Part shown: positions 1 through 14,734 of the stretch, one piece after another
Layout: the number at the start of each line of letters is the position of its first letter
Position numbering within the stretch: position 1 is the first letter of the stretch
DNA from: Octopus vulgaris
Lineage: Eukaryota
Direction of reading: 5' to 3'
NCBI GenBank assembly: GCA_951406725.2
Contig: OX597831.1
Location: forward strand, 77,934,001-77,998,000
Length of the DNA stretch: 64,000 nt
Program-made: the position numbers and the translations under genes
Notes under the pieces: generated by a model
What the model saw: only the letters and a program-made list of their open reading frames with translations
The model's database searches: none
What the model was told of the DNA's origin: nothing

Positions 1-189
1 CCACTTACTCCACTCTGTTCTTTTAAGGTGTGTATCCTTATGTGTGCATGCGTTCGTGTCCTTGTTTGTGTGTATATGTGTGTGTGAGTATGTTTGTGTG
101 TGTATCATAGTTTTTAGCAGCAGTGTCGCCCTCCCCTCAGCGCGAGCGCGCGCACACACACACATACATACACACAGACATTCTTGTAT

Positions 190-397
190 TTTACGTTTTC
201 CAGTCATTTTGACTGCGGCCATGCTGTAGCATAGCCTTTAGTCAAATAAATCGAACCAAGGAATTATTCTTTGCAAACCTTAAACGTATTCTATCGGTCG
301 CTTTTGCCGAACGGCTAAGCCAATGGACGTGAATACACCTACGTCGGTTGTCAAGCGATGGGAGGAGGGACAAATACAGACACACAAATACATATAC

Positions 398-459
<62 letters not shown>

Positions 460-596
460 ATACGACAAGCTTCTTTCAGTTTCCATCTACAAAATCCACT
501 CACAATGCTTTGGTCGACCAGAGGCTAAAGTAGAAGGTCTCTCGCAGTGAGACTGAACCCGGAACCATGTGGTTGGGAAGCAAGCTTCTTACACAG
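190..596 (-). mobile_element. tRNA-derived SINE, family A (internal (TA)n/(CA)n, CR1/L2-like 3' tail)
   Basis: Reverse complement of the family head (gttccgggttcagtc B-box-like), body (gtggatttggtagacggaaactgaaagaagc) and tail (gcatggccgcagtcaaatgactg); the same sequence recurs more than 10 times in the window. Confidence 0.85.
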
Positions 597-692
597 TTTC
601 TGTCTGCATAAGGCAGTGTTAGACCAGGGTCTATATTAGAGAATGCCTGCCCAAGGCGGCACGGTGCAGGAGACTGTACCTGTAACCACCTG

Positions 693-1035
693 TTACCTCC
701 GCCTTAGAGAAGGCGGGGGTATTAGGTTCAGTCGTATTTGTTTGTTTGGTCGAGGACAAGACATCTCAAGAACTGCTGGATGGATTCGGGTGAACCTTTC
801 AGGGATATTTGGCCTCGGGACTGGCACGAAATTATTAGGTTGTGGGATCGATCCGGAACAGGATTATTTTTTTATTCAATTTTTGAGAGCGTTTGGGTTC
901 ATTTTTAGTATTCTCGTTTGTGAGAGCAGTCGAGTTTATTTCAGATATTCACATTTTAAAAATCATCTCCGCTAATCGTTGAGACGACATCGGTGTTGCC
1001 TTGGCGGAGGTTTGCGCTCTCTGAGTGCTCTTGTT
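693..1035 (+). mobile_element. Non-autonomous Helentron-associated element (HINE/DINE-1-like), nested in an old family A SINE fragment
   Basis: 5' ttacctccgcc and subterminal inverted ggcggaggt (1003-1011), followed by the short hairpin gcgctctctgagtgc and a TT-rich end; flanks 630-692 and 1036-1070 join into a decayed SINE A head. Confidence 0.75.
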
Positions 1036-1721
1036 TACAATGCGGAGCTTCTTAAAACATGCAGCCATTAGTTGTTCCTGTAGATATTTCTATATATCTT
1101 CTGTTAAAAGAGAGAGACAAAAAATGAAGCTTTTCCAAATCTCAGAAAACTAAAAATTAAAATGGCGAATCGCTCGCTGACAAAAAAGAAAAAAAAAAGC
1201 CCAGAAAGATACAATGTCTAGAAGTACTGAAATAACAGAGCCTGAGGATAGAGCACGGGGTGGTGGGCCCCGTTCGGAGGGGAGCAAAACAACAATAACA
1301 ACATTTAAGAGAAGTCCTATTTCAAAAGAGTTGCTTTTTAATTGTTGACTGGGACGCTTTAAAATGTTACTGTAGATAGTAGGAAGTGTATACAGCAGTC
1401 TCGGTAAATACAGTATGTAGAATGTGTATATAATCGGAACGGAGATACGCGATAAAAGGAAGTTCTGTTCACACGCACGTACATACACTTTCATATATAT
1501 GCATACACTTGCGCGCGCACACATGGTATTAGTTGTACATGAATATATGTCTACATGCATGCATATCCGTATTTGGGATGGTATGTGTGTTTGGCTTTAT
1601 ATGCACACACACACGCATACGCATACACTTACACACACGTGCACACAAACACTCATAGGCATAAATACATACGTGCATGCATTATCTATCTACCTATCTA
1701 TTCCCCCCCCCATTCAGTTTC

Positions 1722-1768
<47 letters not shown>

Positions 1769-1926
1769 GTGTATGTATGTATGAATGTATATATATGCAT
1801 GTATATATATATATATATGATGTATATATATGATGTATATATATATATACATATATATATACACATATAATATGTATAAATACATATGATGTATACACAT
1901 AAAATATTTATATATACATATACATG

Positions 1927-1995
<69 letters not shown>

Positions 1996-2559
1996 ATGTA
2001 TATATATATATATACATACATATATATATGCATATTATATGTGCATGCATACACACACACACACATATATATCGATACATACACTCAAGCACATGGACAT
2101 ATCTACAGCACGTTTGTACAATTATGCATGTATAGATTTATAGAGATATACATACGTTGAGTATGTGCGTAAATACACCTATATGTAAATATATGCGTGT
2201 ACGTGTTTTTTTTTTGTGTGCGTGCGTGTGTGTGTGTGTTGTATATATGTTTGAGTATCTTTTAAAAAATAAACATGATTGTACACACCAACCAACTAAC
2301 CTACCAACCATCACACCAACCAACCAACCAACCAACCAACAAACCACCTCAGTTATTTTGCTCCCGCTCTCCGGTGTCAGAAATGCTTAACATATTTCGC
2401 AAATTGACGTCTATTCGACCTGAGAATCTAATTTAACATCTTGACACTTGGCCACTACCAGTAAGTAACTACACTGTAATCTACTAAGTTACTTACAAGT
2501 ATACAAAATCAAATATCTATTGAATTGAACCATATCGCTCTGATAAATAAATACACACA

Positions 2560-2604
<45 letters not shown>

Positions 2605-2673
2605 ACACACAAACTCATACAAACATACGCAGTTACTTATTCAGCCAGATCCGTGTGTGTAAGTGTGTATGTA

Positions 2674-2706
<33 letters not shown>

Positions 2707-2801
2707 GCATATATGTGCGCGCGTATATATGTATATATATGTATGTGTATATATATGTATGTGTGTGTGCATGTATATGTATATAAATATGTATATATAC
2801 A

Positions 2802-2841
<40 letters not shown>

Positions 2842-2886
2842 TATATATACACATATATATATATATGTACATACATACATACATAC

Positions 2887-2932
<46 letters not shown>

Positions 2933-2947
2933 GTGTGTGTGTATCTG

Positions 2948-2985
<38 letters not shown>

Positions 2986-3753
2986 AGTAGGTTACGGAGA
3001 GAGAGAGATAGAGAGAGAGAGAGGGGGAGAGAGAGAAAGAGAGAGAGAGAGAGATTGGGAAGAAAAAAGATTGTAGATTCTTTGTGTAGTGTTTTGTGAC
3101 ATGTATTTACCAATCCCAGTCAGCAATTTGCTAATGTGACTTGAACAATTAAAATATGTCTGACATAGCTGAATACCTGAATACCTGAGAAATAAAGCTA
3201 AAAAAAAAATGAGTGACATGTTCAATTCTGCTTGGTAGTCAACAGTAAATGTTATCCTGTCCTACACACACACACACATATATATATATATGTATATATG
3301 TATGTATATATATATATTTGTGTGTTTGTATGTATGTGTGTGTGTGTATTCGTACGTATATATTTGTGTGCGTGTGTGTTACTACATGAAAAATTGTAAA
3401 TGAAAGAAATCGCCAGAAATGAAATATACGAATATAAATTAAATGATTAGTGACAGTCTGCCGCATGTTCCGATCCGATAAACTTGCTGCAATGTATATT
3501 TTCATTAATGCCGTTGACGTCATATGAATTTTGTAAGCTTTAAAGAGAACATCAAATATATATTTTGTGGGATAGCATATTACGAGACACACGCAAATTT
3601 ATAAACATTAAGCATGTAAATAATGGGTTGAAAAGCTCCTTTTCAATAGAAGTGAAGGCTCTCCGAGTGGCTCGGACACGCGTCTCATGGACAGTCTCCG
3701 ACCCTTTCTTTAGTAGATATTTTTTCCAATCGCGTATTTATGTTTGCTTCGAT

Positions 3754-3795
<42 letters not shown>

Positions 3796-3959
3796 GCGTG
3801 CACACAAGCGTATACAAGTGAGCAAACAGGTGCCAAATAAGGTGGAGAAAATATTCGAAACCAAAACTAGAGGAAAAGTTTTATTCAAACTGTCGTCATG
3901 TACATATGTGTATCATCGGACAACTGCCACATGCTGGACCGCTAAATTCTGCAAGTTTT

Positions 3960-4112
3960 TTCATTCTCTCTCTTTATTTTTTCTTATTCCTTCTTGTTGA
4001 AAAACGTAGGCTTGAAACGTAAAAGACTTTTTCATCTTCCGAGCGTCAAACTAATACACTTTGTTGTTCGTACACATGTCTTCGTCTTTTGTTTTTCTAT
4101 AAATTTCAACTA
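3960..4112 (+). mobile_element. Decayed Penelope-like pLTR fragment (family P1)
   Basis: cgtaggcttgaaacgtaaaagac...gagcgtcaaactaatacac...tcttcgtcttttgtttt is the reverse complement of the copies at 21281 and 39502. Confidence 0.6.
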
Positions 4113-4429
4113 TTTTAAACAAATATTCCTTTATAAATATTTCTAAACGGTTGTGAAAATTATTTAGAAACTCATAAAACAGACATTTCGAAAGCCGCTC
4201 AATCAAGCTTAAATAATTATTTTATGAATTGCCATTCTCATTGCATTATTTGTTTCTAAATATCTCTAAACCATATTGTTAAAAATATTCATGACTGCCT
4301 GATGATCGATAACATGAAACGTTGAGTAGAAATTTGCGAAAAATTTGCAGCCTCAGTAAAACACTATGAAAAATATAGTTATATATATGTATATTTATGC
4401 CTCTTTATTTCTTTGGTATACATAAACGT

Positions 4430-4580
4430 GCAGGCGTGGCTATGTGGTAAAATGGTTATTTCCTTTCCCAGGCTCGTAGTTTCGGGTGTAGTTTGACTAT
4501 GTGGCACCTTGTGGAAGCGGCCGACGAAAGTCTTGAGAGAATTTGGTCGTCGACGGAAATTGAAAGAAGCCTCCACGTGT
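4430..4580 (+). mobile_element. SINE family A, decayed 5' part
   Basis: gcaggcgtggctatgtggtaa...gacggaaattgaaagaagcc. Confidence 0.7.
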
Positions 4581-4690
4581 GTGTATATGTGTGTGTCTGT
4601 GTGTATTTGTGTCTGTATGTATGTATACACACACATACACACACACACGCGCGCACACGCACACAGACAGACACACACACACATATATAC

Positions 4691-4955
4691 GGAGGTACAT
4701 GGTGTATGGCTCAGTGGTTATGGCATCGGGCTCACAACAACGAGGTAATGAGATCGATTTCCGAACTGGGATGTGTGCTGTGTTCTTGAGCAAGACACTT
4801 CATTTCACGTTGTTCCAGTTTACTCACCTGTAGAAATGAGTTGTGACGTCACTGCTTTTCCCTTGGATAGGGGGTATGCAAGGGTAACTGCTGGTGTTGC
4901 ATAAACAACCCTGCCTGGACATGTGCCTAGGAGGGGAACTTTCTAGGTTGCAATC
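4691..4955 (+). mobile_element. tRNA-derived CORE-like SINE, family C
   Basis: tggctcagtggtta (A box), cttgagcaagacacttcatttcacgttg...tgtagaaatgagtt (CORE-like), tail ttctaggttgcaatcc; homologous to 11545 and 37708. Confidence 0.75.
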
Positions 4956-4957
4956 CG

Positions 4958-4989
<32 letters not shown>

Positions 4990-5061
4990 CAATATATATG
5001 TGTGTCAATATACATACATACATACATACATATATATGTATACGTATATACATATATATAT

Positions 5062-5353
5062 CACCGTGATCACCGTGACCGACCAGACTATCAGATGTTA
5101 CACATCGCTGGTCACAATGCGTTTCGCATTGTTTTAGCCTTCAAATGACGCCACCCTGCTGGCTAAGCGAGCTGGCGAACAGAAGAAAGAGTGAGAGAAA
5201 GTTGTGGCGAAAGAGTACAGCAGGGATCGCCACCACCCCCTGCCAGCTTTAGGTGTTTTCGCTCAATAAACACTCACAACGCCCAGTCTGGGAATCGAAA
5301 CCGCGATCCTACGACCGCGAGTCCGCTGCCTAAACCACTGGGCCATTGCGCCT

Positions 5354-5357
<4 letters not shown>
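5062..5357 (-). mobile_element. tRNA-derived SINE, family D
   Basis: Reverse complement starts tggaggcgcaatggcccagtggtttaggcagcggactcgc...ggtttcgattccc (A and B boxes); head shared with 44954, tail shared with 43228. Confidence 0.8.
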
Positions 5358-5398
<41 letters not shown>

Positions 5399-5413
5399 CA
5401 CACATACATAGAA

Positions 5414-5466
<53 letters not shown>

Positions 5467-5639
5467 CACCACCACCACAGGTTTCCTAAAAGTCAATGAC
5501 TGATTCCATTTGTAGCTTCAGGAATAAATAGGCGAAAGACATACAAGCACAAGGCCAACGATTATAAAAGGAGAGTGCTTGTCGATTGTGTCGACCCCAG
5601 TACTCAACTGGTACTCATTTTTTAAAATGTCCGGTGCTT

Positions 5640-5778
5640 CTGTGGACCTCTCAGGTCAAACTGCTAAGTTACCGGACATAAACACGACAACACCGGCTGT
5701 CATGCGGTTGTGGAGAACAAGTATAGACACAGAGATAGACAAACGGCCACACACAAAAGCACACACACGCATACACTC

Positions 5779-5809
<31 letters not shown>

Positions 5810-5867
5810 CACACGTGTATATATACATACATACATACACACGTGTATATATATCTATATTTAGTAA

Positions 5868-5919
<52 letters not shown>

Positions 5920-6076
5920 GGACGGGCTTCTTTCAGTTTCTGCCTACCAAATCCACTCCCAATGCTTTAGTCGGCCCATGATTATTTTAGAAGACACTTG
6001 CCAAAGGTACCATGCAGTGGGACTGATCCCGGACCGATGTGGTTGGCATTTAAGGTTTTTACCACACAGCCACGCC
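5640..6076 (-). mobile_element. SINE family A
   Basis: gacgggcttctttcagtttc...aaatccactc...gaagacacttgcc...accacacagccacgcc. Confidence 0.8.
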
Positions 6077-6652
6077 TTCGTTAACTGTTTTACTTTTGTT
6101 GTTTTTTTTGTTTTTTTTTTGATTTTCGATTAAATTGAATTCCCCTCCACTCTGCCTCCACCCCTACCCCCCCCCCCGCCTCACATTTTGCATTCTAGAA
6201 ATGTTAACAATTTTTGCGTTAAGTGCTCCCGAATGATATATTTTAATTCATACCATCTTTGGTGTTCTGTTCATCTTTTCAACCCAAGATTCGTTCGGTT
6301 TTTTCCTTTTTGTTCTTTTATTTTATTACATTTCTTCTACAGATCGTTATTTTACAAGAAAAATGGATTTTGTACTCACAGATTCACCTGTGACCTACGC
6401 TTTACCCGTTTCCATTTTTGTCTTATATTTTTTAAGTGGAGTGTATGTGTGGTAGTGGTGGGGGAGTAGGTAGGTAGGGTCCCCACACATGGTAATCGTT
6501 GAAAATCACAGCAGGTTTAATTAAAGACTTTCTTACAAAAAAAAAATGGCAATCAGAAGTTTTGGAATAAAAAGGAATCTCTGTTTTCAAGGATCAGAAA
6601 AAAACAAGGTTGGTTGCTTTAACCATGCTGCCAAAAACGAAGAGGATCACTC

Positions 6653-6979
<327 letters not shown>

Positions 6980-7136
6980 CAGTGATCTCAGACCCACTCA
7001 CCTGACAACGTGCAGGCATAGAGCTATTATTAGGTCATATTAATGCAATAATGTGTATCATTTGTGAAACACTCACCAATTACCAGCTGATATTGATGCA
7101 CGGAAACAATTATACTGATTGCCGACTTGTATTAGA

Positions 7137-7189
<53 letters not shown>

Positions 7190-7375
7190 AGGTTAATCCA
7201 AACGGGAAAACAGAAAAAACAACAACACGTGGAACAATTACCAGTATTATTATTATTAGGCGCTCAGGAAAATGGAAGAAGGAGGGTATGACATTTCGAG
7301 CGGAGCTCTTCGTCGGAAACATAGGAGAAAGAAAGATCCCGAGACGGGAGGACAGAGGAAAAAAAATTGCAGGTC
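7190..7375 (-). mobile_element. Penelope-like pLTR fragment (family P2) with hammerhead-like motif, inside (TA)n
   Basis: Homologous to 33135-33335; minus strand 7320-7286 reads gttt CCGACGA A GAGC tcc GCTC GAAA tg TC atac. Confidence 0.65.
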
Positions 7376-7619
7376 AATTATATATATATATATAGACGGG
7401 GCTAAGTGTCCATAGAGTATTCCACTACAGTCAGTCAGGATGTCAAATGGTTATGAATATTTGCAAGTATGTATCTACATATGTATATATTTGTATCCAA
7501 GTATGTGTATGCTTGTAAATCCCCATATACATGAGTATGTATGGGTTTATGCATGCATGTATATACACACACACGCACACACACACACACACACGCACAT
7601 ACATATATATATATATATA

Positions 7620-8009
7620 GGCGCAGGAATGGCTGTGTGGTTAGTAGCTTGCTTACCAACCACTTGGTTCTGGATTCAGTCCGACTAGGTGTTTTCGCTC
7701 AATAATCTTGGGCGAGTGTCTTCTACTATAGCCTCGGGCCGTCCAAAACCTTGTGAGTGGATTTGGTCGACGGAAACTGGAAAGAAACCCGTCGTATATA
7801 TATATGTATATATAAGTGAGTATGTGTGTATGTGTGTGTATATGTTTGTGTGTCTATGTTTGTCCCTCCCCCTAACATCACTTGATAACCAATGCTGGTG
7901 TGTTTACATCCCCGTAAACAAGCGGTTCGGCAAAAGGGACGATAGAATGATTTCTATGCTTACAAAGAATAAATCCTGGCATCGATTTGCTCGACTAAAG
8001 AATAAAAGA

Positions 8010-8010
<1 letters not shown>
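7620..8010 (+). mobile_element. SINE family A, near full length
   Basis: ggcgcaggaatggctgtgtggttagtagcttgcttaccaacc head, internal (TA)/(TG), ends cgactaaagaataaaagaa. Confidence 0.9.
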
Positions 8011-8061
<51 letters not shown>

Positions 8062-8905
8062 ATAACTTTATTAGCTGTAAAGCTGCCTGTGTGTTTCACG
8101 GGTCCACAGTTTTGAGTGACACCATGACACCGCTTACCGTACGTTTGATAAATGAAGTAACACGAAACTCGAGTCATTGAATCACATACGTCACTTACCC
8201 AACAACAAATAACTAAAGAAATAAATATAACGTACTTCTTGCGAAAGAAAAACACTCTTGGGTAATTTTGCCATTGGTCAATTGAAATCAAATTTGACTT
8301 TTATAAGTTTCCGCGTTTTGGACCCTTTCTTGTATTCTTCGAACCCTCAGGAAAAATTCTCATTATCTTAAATATATAGAGCTTGTTTTAATATCTCTTA
8401 CGTTTGTGACGATACATGTCAGAAGATCCGTTTATATTAACACTTGGGGTTAAAAAATAGCAGTGAAGTCCGTCGCGAACGGAACAGCCATCTTGAAGTG
8501 GCAACAAATATTACTTGTTAGTACAGCGACTGCGTTCATCTCTTAGAGAGATATTAGAAATAGCTTTTTTGTTTGTTATTAATTCCTTTGTTTTGGATTT
8601 AATTCCAATATGGCAATCTGACGAACGTGAAGGGAAACTGTAAGAATCCTCCTCTGTCGGTTTTCGTTGGTTAAGTTATATTAAATCATCGTTATTATCA
8701 TATGATATCCTTAATCAAGTCAGACCACACAGCTCTTACGTAGAACTTATTACCAGGCATTCTCCTTTGTGATACGATACCTCACATTTCATATCATGGA
8801 TTTCTGGTGGCCATATTTAGAAGAGAAGACAACGTGACCAATTTCATCAACTGGCTGACATCGTTAAAGGACAAATAGCGACACTAGCTATCATTTACTT
8901 TAAAT

Positions 8906-9060
8906 CAGTGCTCTGCAACCGGGATGCCACGGCACAGCGGTGTGCCACGAGACGATGCTAAGTGTACCGCAGTGTAACCTGAATATAACTTTTTCCATTA
9001 TACTTTTAGTTATATCTTTAGATCAGGTACGCCGTCGAATTTCAAAAAAAAAAGAAAAAG
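8906..9060. mobile_element. Possible hAT (Charlie/Buster-like) terminal fragment
   Basis: cagtgctctgcaaccgggatgccacggcacagcggtgtgccacgaga resembles a Charlie-type CAGTG end with a gtgcc/ggcac subterminal palindrome; partner TIR not found. Confidence 0.4.
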
Positions 9061-10034
9061 CGTACCGCAAGTAAAAAAACAACAACAAAATGTTGCGGAG
9101 CTTTGCTTTAAAGCAATGTCCACCAAACTGAAATTTCTGTTGTCACATTTTTTATTAGATGAGTGGTAAAGTTCCATATTTTTTTGTGTTGGATCTGATT
9201 TCCACAAAATAGTTTCCACCTGGCAAAACATGGAGTATACCAAACATCTTAATCACGTTTTAATCTTCATATGGCATGAAAGAGATTTGCTTCAAAAGAT
9301 TTGCTTAAAACAGATGTCCAAACATTCTTCATTTTCCTGCAATCTAATCATAGCATGACCTTCCAGTTGAGAAAATCTTCTTTTTATAGATGATCACATA
9401 CGAATCCTACTGTTTAAAAATTACCTTCTCAGTTTAGAAAACTTTTAGCTTATTGCTTTAAGCCTTTATCATTCAGATTTCTCTGTCAAAATATAATCCT
9501 TATTTATCCACTTTGTTTTGAATTAACCAAGCATTATTTTGTGGTTTCAAGATTTCGATGACTTGATTGTTTATTTTTAGAATTACATTGCAGGTAGGTG
9601 AATGAGAGGGAGGTTCCGGTCAGTTCGAATATCAAACAGGTAGCATATTTTTGAGCGGATATAGCCAGTTTCAACGCTAAAGGGTTTTATTGTCAAATGC
9701 TCTTTCTTGATGACGAAAATAAATGCATTCTTTATGTTCGCCATTTTGAAGGTGCCGTTATCGCTGTGCTGCTTCTTATTGATGTCATGTGAATTATGAA
9801 TTGGTAAATTGTACGTGAGCCTCTGCAAAATCTCCATCGGTTTCATATTTCAATGGACAGCGAAGGCATTTTCTTGGAGTATATTAAAGATGAACTTTGA
9901 TATATAACAATATATCCGCCGATACATGAAACATTTAAAGGAAGAGCACAAAATTGCCATTCGTTATCTGTTATCTTTTACTTGCTTCAATCATTGAACT
10001 GTGCATACACACACACACACACACACATTTACAG

Positions 10035-10081
<47 letters not shown>

Positions 10082-10284
10082 GTATTTATGGATATGCATG
10101 TATGTATCTGTATGTGTATGCATATATGTATATACGTGTATATATATATATGTATATATATATGGTATGTTTGTATACATATATATGTATATACATACAT
10201 ATATATATATATATGTACATATGCATGTGTATGTGTGTGTGGTTGTGTGTGTGTATGGTACTTATTTCTCTTGATCTAGCTCGT

Positions 10285-10367
10285 GTCGGACCGCTAAGTT
10301 ACGGGGATATAAGCAACCCGAAACCAGTTGCTAAGTGGTGGTAATGAGTTAACAAACATAAACCAAA

Positions 10368-10408
<41 letters not shown>

Positions 10409-10570
10409 TATGTATACGATGGCCTTTCACACAATTTCTCTCAACAAATTCACTCTCAAGTCATTGGTCAGCCCTAGGCTACAGACGACTCTAGCTCAAT
10501 GTACCGTGCAGTGTGACCGAACCAAAAGCACTTGGTTCCGAAACAAGTTTCTTAAAGACACACCCATGCT
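10285..10570 (-). mobile_element. SINE family A, decayed
   Basis: accgctaagttacggggatataag...caaattcactctcaag...gttcttaaagacacaccca. Confidence 0.7.
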
Positions 10571-10933
10571 TGTGCTATCTCGAAGAACTTCTTCAATTAC
10601 ATCAAAGAGCTTTGTTTAACCATCAGCTGTGGAAATGGATTAAGTGCTATGGATTTCGTATCTGTGTAAAGTACTTCAGTACCTATGCCTTTAAAACGTT
10701 GTCACGTGATACTGTGTTATCACGTGACCCACAATTAATATCATGATGCGCCACAATCTAAATTATTTTGCTGTATATGTTTTGTTTGGCCTTAAAGCAG
10801 TCGCCATGGTCGAGTGAAGCTATTATCTAAAGCATCGATCCCCTAAACGGACCGTGTTCTTGCATGACAAAACACACCAAAGTGCATAATATAGCTGTGT
10901 ATATTTATCTACCTCATTCTCTCTCTCTCTCTA

Positions 10934-10983
<50 letters not shown>

Positions 10984-11062
10984 TAAATAATAAATTAATT
11001 ATATGTATTGGCTTAAGTTTTCATTGTTTGATTTGCCTAATAGTGGTTTTGTCTCTAATTTA

Positions 11063-11132
<70 letters not shown>

Positions 11133-11466
11133 TGCGTATATGATTCGATGGGTAAATTGTCGCCATTTTATATTTTTTATTTCGCGCATGTGCATTGTTT
11201 GTTTTGGATTTTGTCGGTTTAGAGAGTATAGTAGGGTCCAGTCGTGCACCATGATGCAATTCGCTGCACTGCTTGGCATTCGCACCGGAAGCATGGTTGA
11301 GGCCTGGTCAGCTAGGGTAATCCAACTTCCGTCATCCCATCTGTTGAAGATTTTCTCGGACTACAGTGTCTAATGTCAGACGTTTCGTAGTTGTCATGTC
11401 TTCAATTGATGTTGTCGTTTAGCACCACGTAATCATTGATCGTGCATAACCTCCGTCCGTGACTAT

Positions 11467-11509
<43 letters not shown>

Positions 11510-11544
11510 TATGGAAATAAATGGAGGTGAAAATTCACTGAGAG

Positions 11545-11838
11545 CGTGTGGAGATCCTCTTCGGTCACGAATGACCACGGGATTGCACCTAGAAAGTTAC
11601 CCTCCGAGGCGCCAGTTCGAGCAAGGTTGTTTTATGGAAGACCAGCAGTCGCCCATGCATACCAGCCTCCCCTCTCCACGCCACCAGTGTTATCCAAGGG
11701 AAAGACAAAGGTCGATACAGCTTGGCACCAGTGACGTCGCAACTCATTTCTACAGCTGAGTGAACGGGAAATAAAGTGTCTTGCTCAAAAACACAACTCG
11801 CATCCCGGTCCGAGATTCGAAATCACAACCTCACAATC
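11545..11838 (-). mobile_element. SINE family C
   Basis: Reverse complement of the 37708 copy (gattgcacctagaaagttaccctcc...gtgacgtcgcaactcatttctacagctgagtgaac...gtcttgctcaa). Confidence 0.8.
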
Positions 11839-12029
11839 AGTACTCTTAACCGGTTTCAAATTCTTCTAATTTTCAGAAGTATAAGTTTTGAAGGACGTAG
11901 GACAGAGTCTTAGAATCTATCATTTCTGGTTGTTCTAAAATTCGTTCATTTTTTATATAAATAATGTGACTCGGATGATTATCGGTCAAAGTATAAATTG
12001 ATGGGCTGAGGATGGTCACATGGTGAGGC

Positions 12030-12640
12030 GAGGGAATTTTAGCTCGTGACCGAGAGGTTTGAGTATTGTAGCCACGATGGCGAGATTGTGGTTTCAATTT
12101 CTGGACCAGGATGCTTGTTGTGTTCTTGAGCAAAACACTCGAATTCTTCATCTCACGCAGCTCTGCAAGATCTGACACGTAGTACCCCGTACACCTGTTC
12201 AGGCCACGTCGATTTGATGGAGGAAGTGAGCTAATGTACAGCACATTCATTTGGTCGCTATAAACTAGTGGTTCCCAAAGTGGGCAGTACTGACCCCTTG
12301 AGAGCGGTGGGAAGATCCAGCGGACGGGTGGCATTGAAGAAAAGTGGGATGATAAGGAGGTGGCCAAAATGGGGTGATAGGTGTAATAAAAAAAAAGTAA
12401 TAGATTAATTAGGTTTAAGTTTTATTTGTGAAATACAGTTGTTTTGAATTTGCTACTGAAAGTGGCGTATATTTGTGGTGGAAAGGCGACGTAGGGCTAG
12501 GAATGTGGTCTGGGCGCCAAGTGGGGGTGGGCAGGCAGCCTGAAAAAGTTTGGGAACAACTGATAAACAAATCAGACTAACCAGGAAGAATTTGCGGAAC
12601 CCTCAACAGTCGATTACGGAACGAGGGTCCACAAGACAAC
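12030..12640 (+). mobile_element. Old CORE-like SINE interrupted by a hAT MITE
   Basis: gtggtttcaatttctggacc...gttcttgagcaaaacact head/CORE; sequence appears to resume after 12562. Confidence 0.55.
12266..12562. mobile_element. hAT/Charlie-type MITE (about 297 bp)
   Basis: TIRs tagtggttcccaaa and tttgggaacaactg; flanking duplication ataaac (6 of the expected 8 bp TSD). Confidence 0.8.
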
Positions 12641-12743
12641 ACACACACACACACGCACACACACACACGCACACGCACGCACACACTCACGCACACACAC
12701 ACAGGCACATACACACACGCACGCACACACATACACGCACACG

Positions 12744-12824
<81 letters not shown>

Positions 12825-12836
12825 GCACGGACATGC

Positions 12837-12877
<41 letters not shown>

Positions 12878-13163
12878 CACAATCGTAGCAGTGTATACTA
12901 ACAGTATGTAGCTTTAGTGTGAACGGTGCCTTCTTACCCACCCACACCCACTGACCCCCCACCCTTCATACCGTTGCTGCAATAACTACCTGCTGTTGTC
13001 ATTCCATATTTTTTCTCCTCATTTGGCGTCTGACCCAGTTTTTTAACTAAACATAGGACTTTCACAACATATATACTCGACATCCAGCATTGTACGAGAT
13101 TATCTCTCTCCTCTCCTCCATTACCCCTCTTTCTCTCAGTATACACACACACACACAAACACA

Positions 13164-13213
<50 letters not shown>

Positions 13214-13565
13214 ATCACAGGTTTATGTACATCTACACGTTTTCATATACATGTGTATTAATACACACATATATATATATATATATTCGTAAATGTGTGC
13301 GTATATGTGTAAATATATATACATATATATATTCACACACACACACACACACAGACATATATATATACATACGTGCATATATCTGTCTGTCTGTCTGTCT
13401 GTTTGTCTCTCTCTCTCTCTCACTCACTCTCTCTCTCTCTCTCTCTCTGTACACACACACACACACACACTCATATATATATATATATATGCATATGTGC
13501 ACATATCTCTCTGTTTGTCTCTCTCTCTCACTCTATCTCTCCCTCTCTCTCCCTCTCTGTCTGTC

Positions 13566-13648
<83 letters not shown>

Positions 13649-13814
13649 CTCTCTCTGTATACACACACACAAAGTATATTCAAACGCGTGCATATGTCTA
13701 TATTTCTCTTCGTGTGTCGTTCGGCTTTATACTTCAACCGATATGTCTACCTCATTCTTCTTTTCTTTCTCTGTCTTTCTTTAGTCCATCTCTACCTTTC
13801 TCCCTCCATCCACC

Positions 13815-13849
<35 letters not shown>

Positions 13850-14530
13850 TATTCCTCTCTATCTGTCTGTCACCCATTTGCCAACTTCACTCTCTCACGC
13901 TCTCTCCCTCTCTCTCTCTCTCTCCCTCGGTCTTTCTCCCTTGCTCCGACCTTCACTCCGTGTCAACCAGAATGTGTTGATCTGAAGGAATAACCACCTC
14001 ACCTGTTAGTTCACCCCCACCTCACCCGCACTCCTCCTCGCTTCCACTCAACAGCAGCAGCAGCAGCAGCAGTAGCAGTAGCACCCCCACAACCACCTCC
14101 ACCTCCACCGACACCAACCCCAGTAAGTTCACGATCACCACCCTCACCACCAAAATCGCCACCACTACCACCACTACCATACCACACCAGTACCCTCGAT
14201 CAACTCTAATACTCCTATCACCAATACCTCAACCACCACCACCACCCGCAGTACTACCACCAACACCACAACCATCGTGACCCCTCCGCCATCACCTCCC
14301 CCCAAACCACCGCCGACCTCCCCAGTCAACGATCACGACAACCACACATCCACTCCGTGTCACACCATCTAAAATGTCAGCAAAACACACACACACACGC
14401 ACACGCACACACGCAAACACGTACACACACACACATTCAAACACATACACACACATACTTATGAACGTCAGTGTACCCAGGGACATGTCATACATAAGTA
14501 CTAAATACATTGATATACATAGCATGCGGG

Positions 14531-14594
<64 letters not shown>

Positions 14595-14734
14595 GCATTC
14601 AGGACTTACTCAATGTTCTGAGACTTCTATGAAATAACGTTTGCTCTACGTTATGATAGATATAGTTTGGGTGATGCAAATACGAAAACGGGAACACAAT
14701 ACATATATTTTTATTATTAATTTACCAACAGAAA

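Noticed and set aside
7620-7700. tRNA gene-like A/B boxes at SINE heads
   Set aside because: No complete cloverleaf; they continue into SINE bodies
8460-8660. Promoter-like segment with gccatctt (YY1-type) motif and gtaaga donor
   Set aside because: Short motifs only; no supporting ORF or CpG island
13995-14375. Pro/Thr-rich-looking (CCA/CAG) stretch
   Set aside because: Low-complexity sequence with stops and no convincing splice sites
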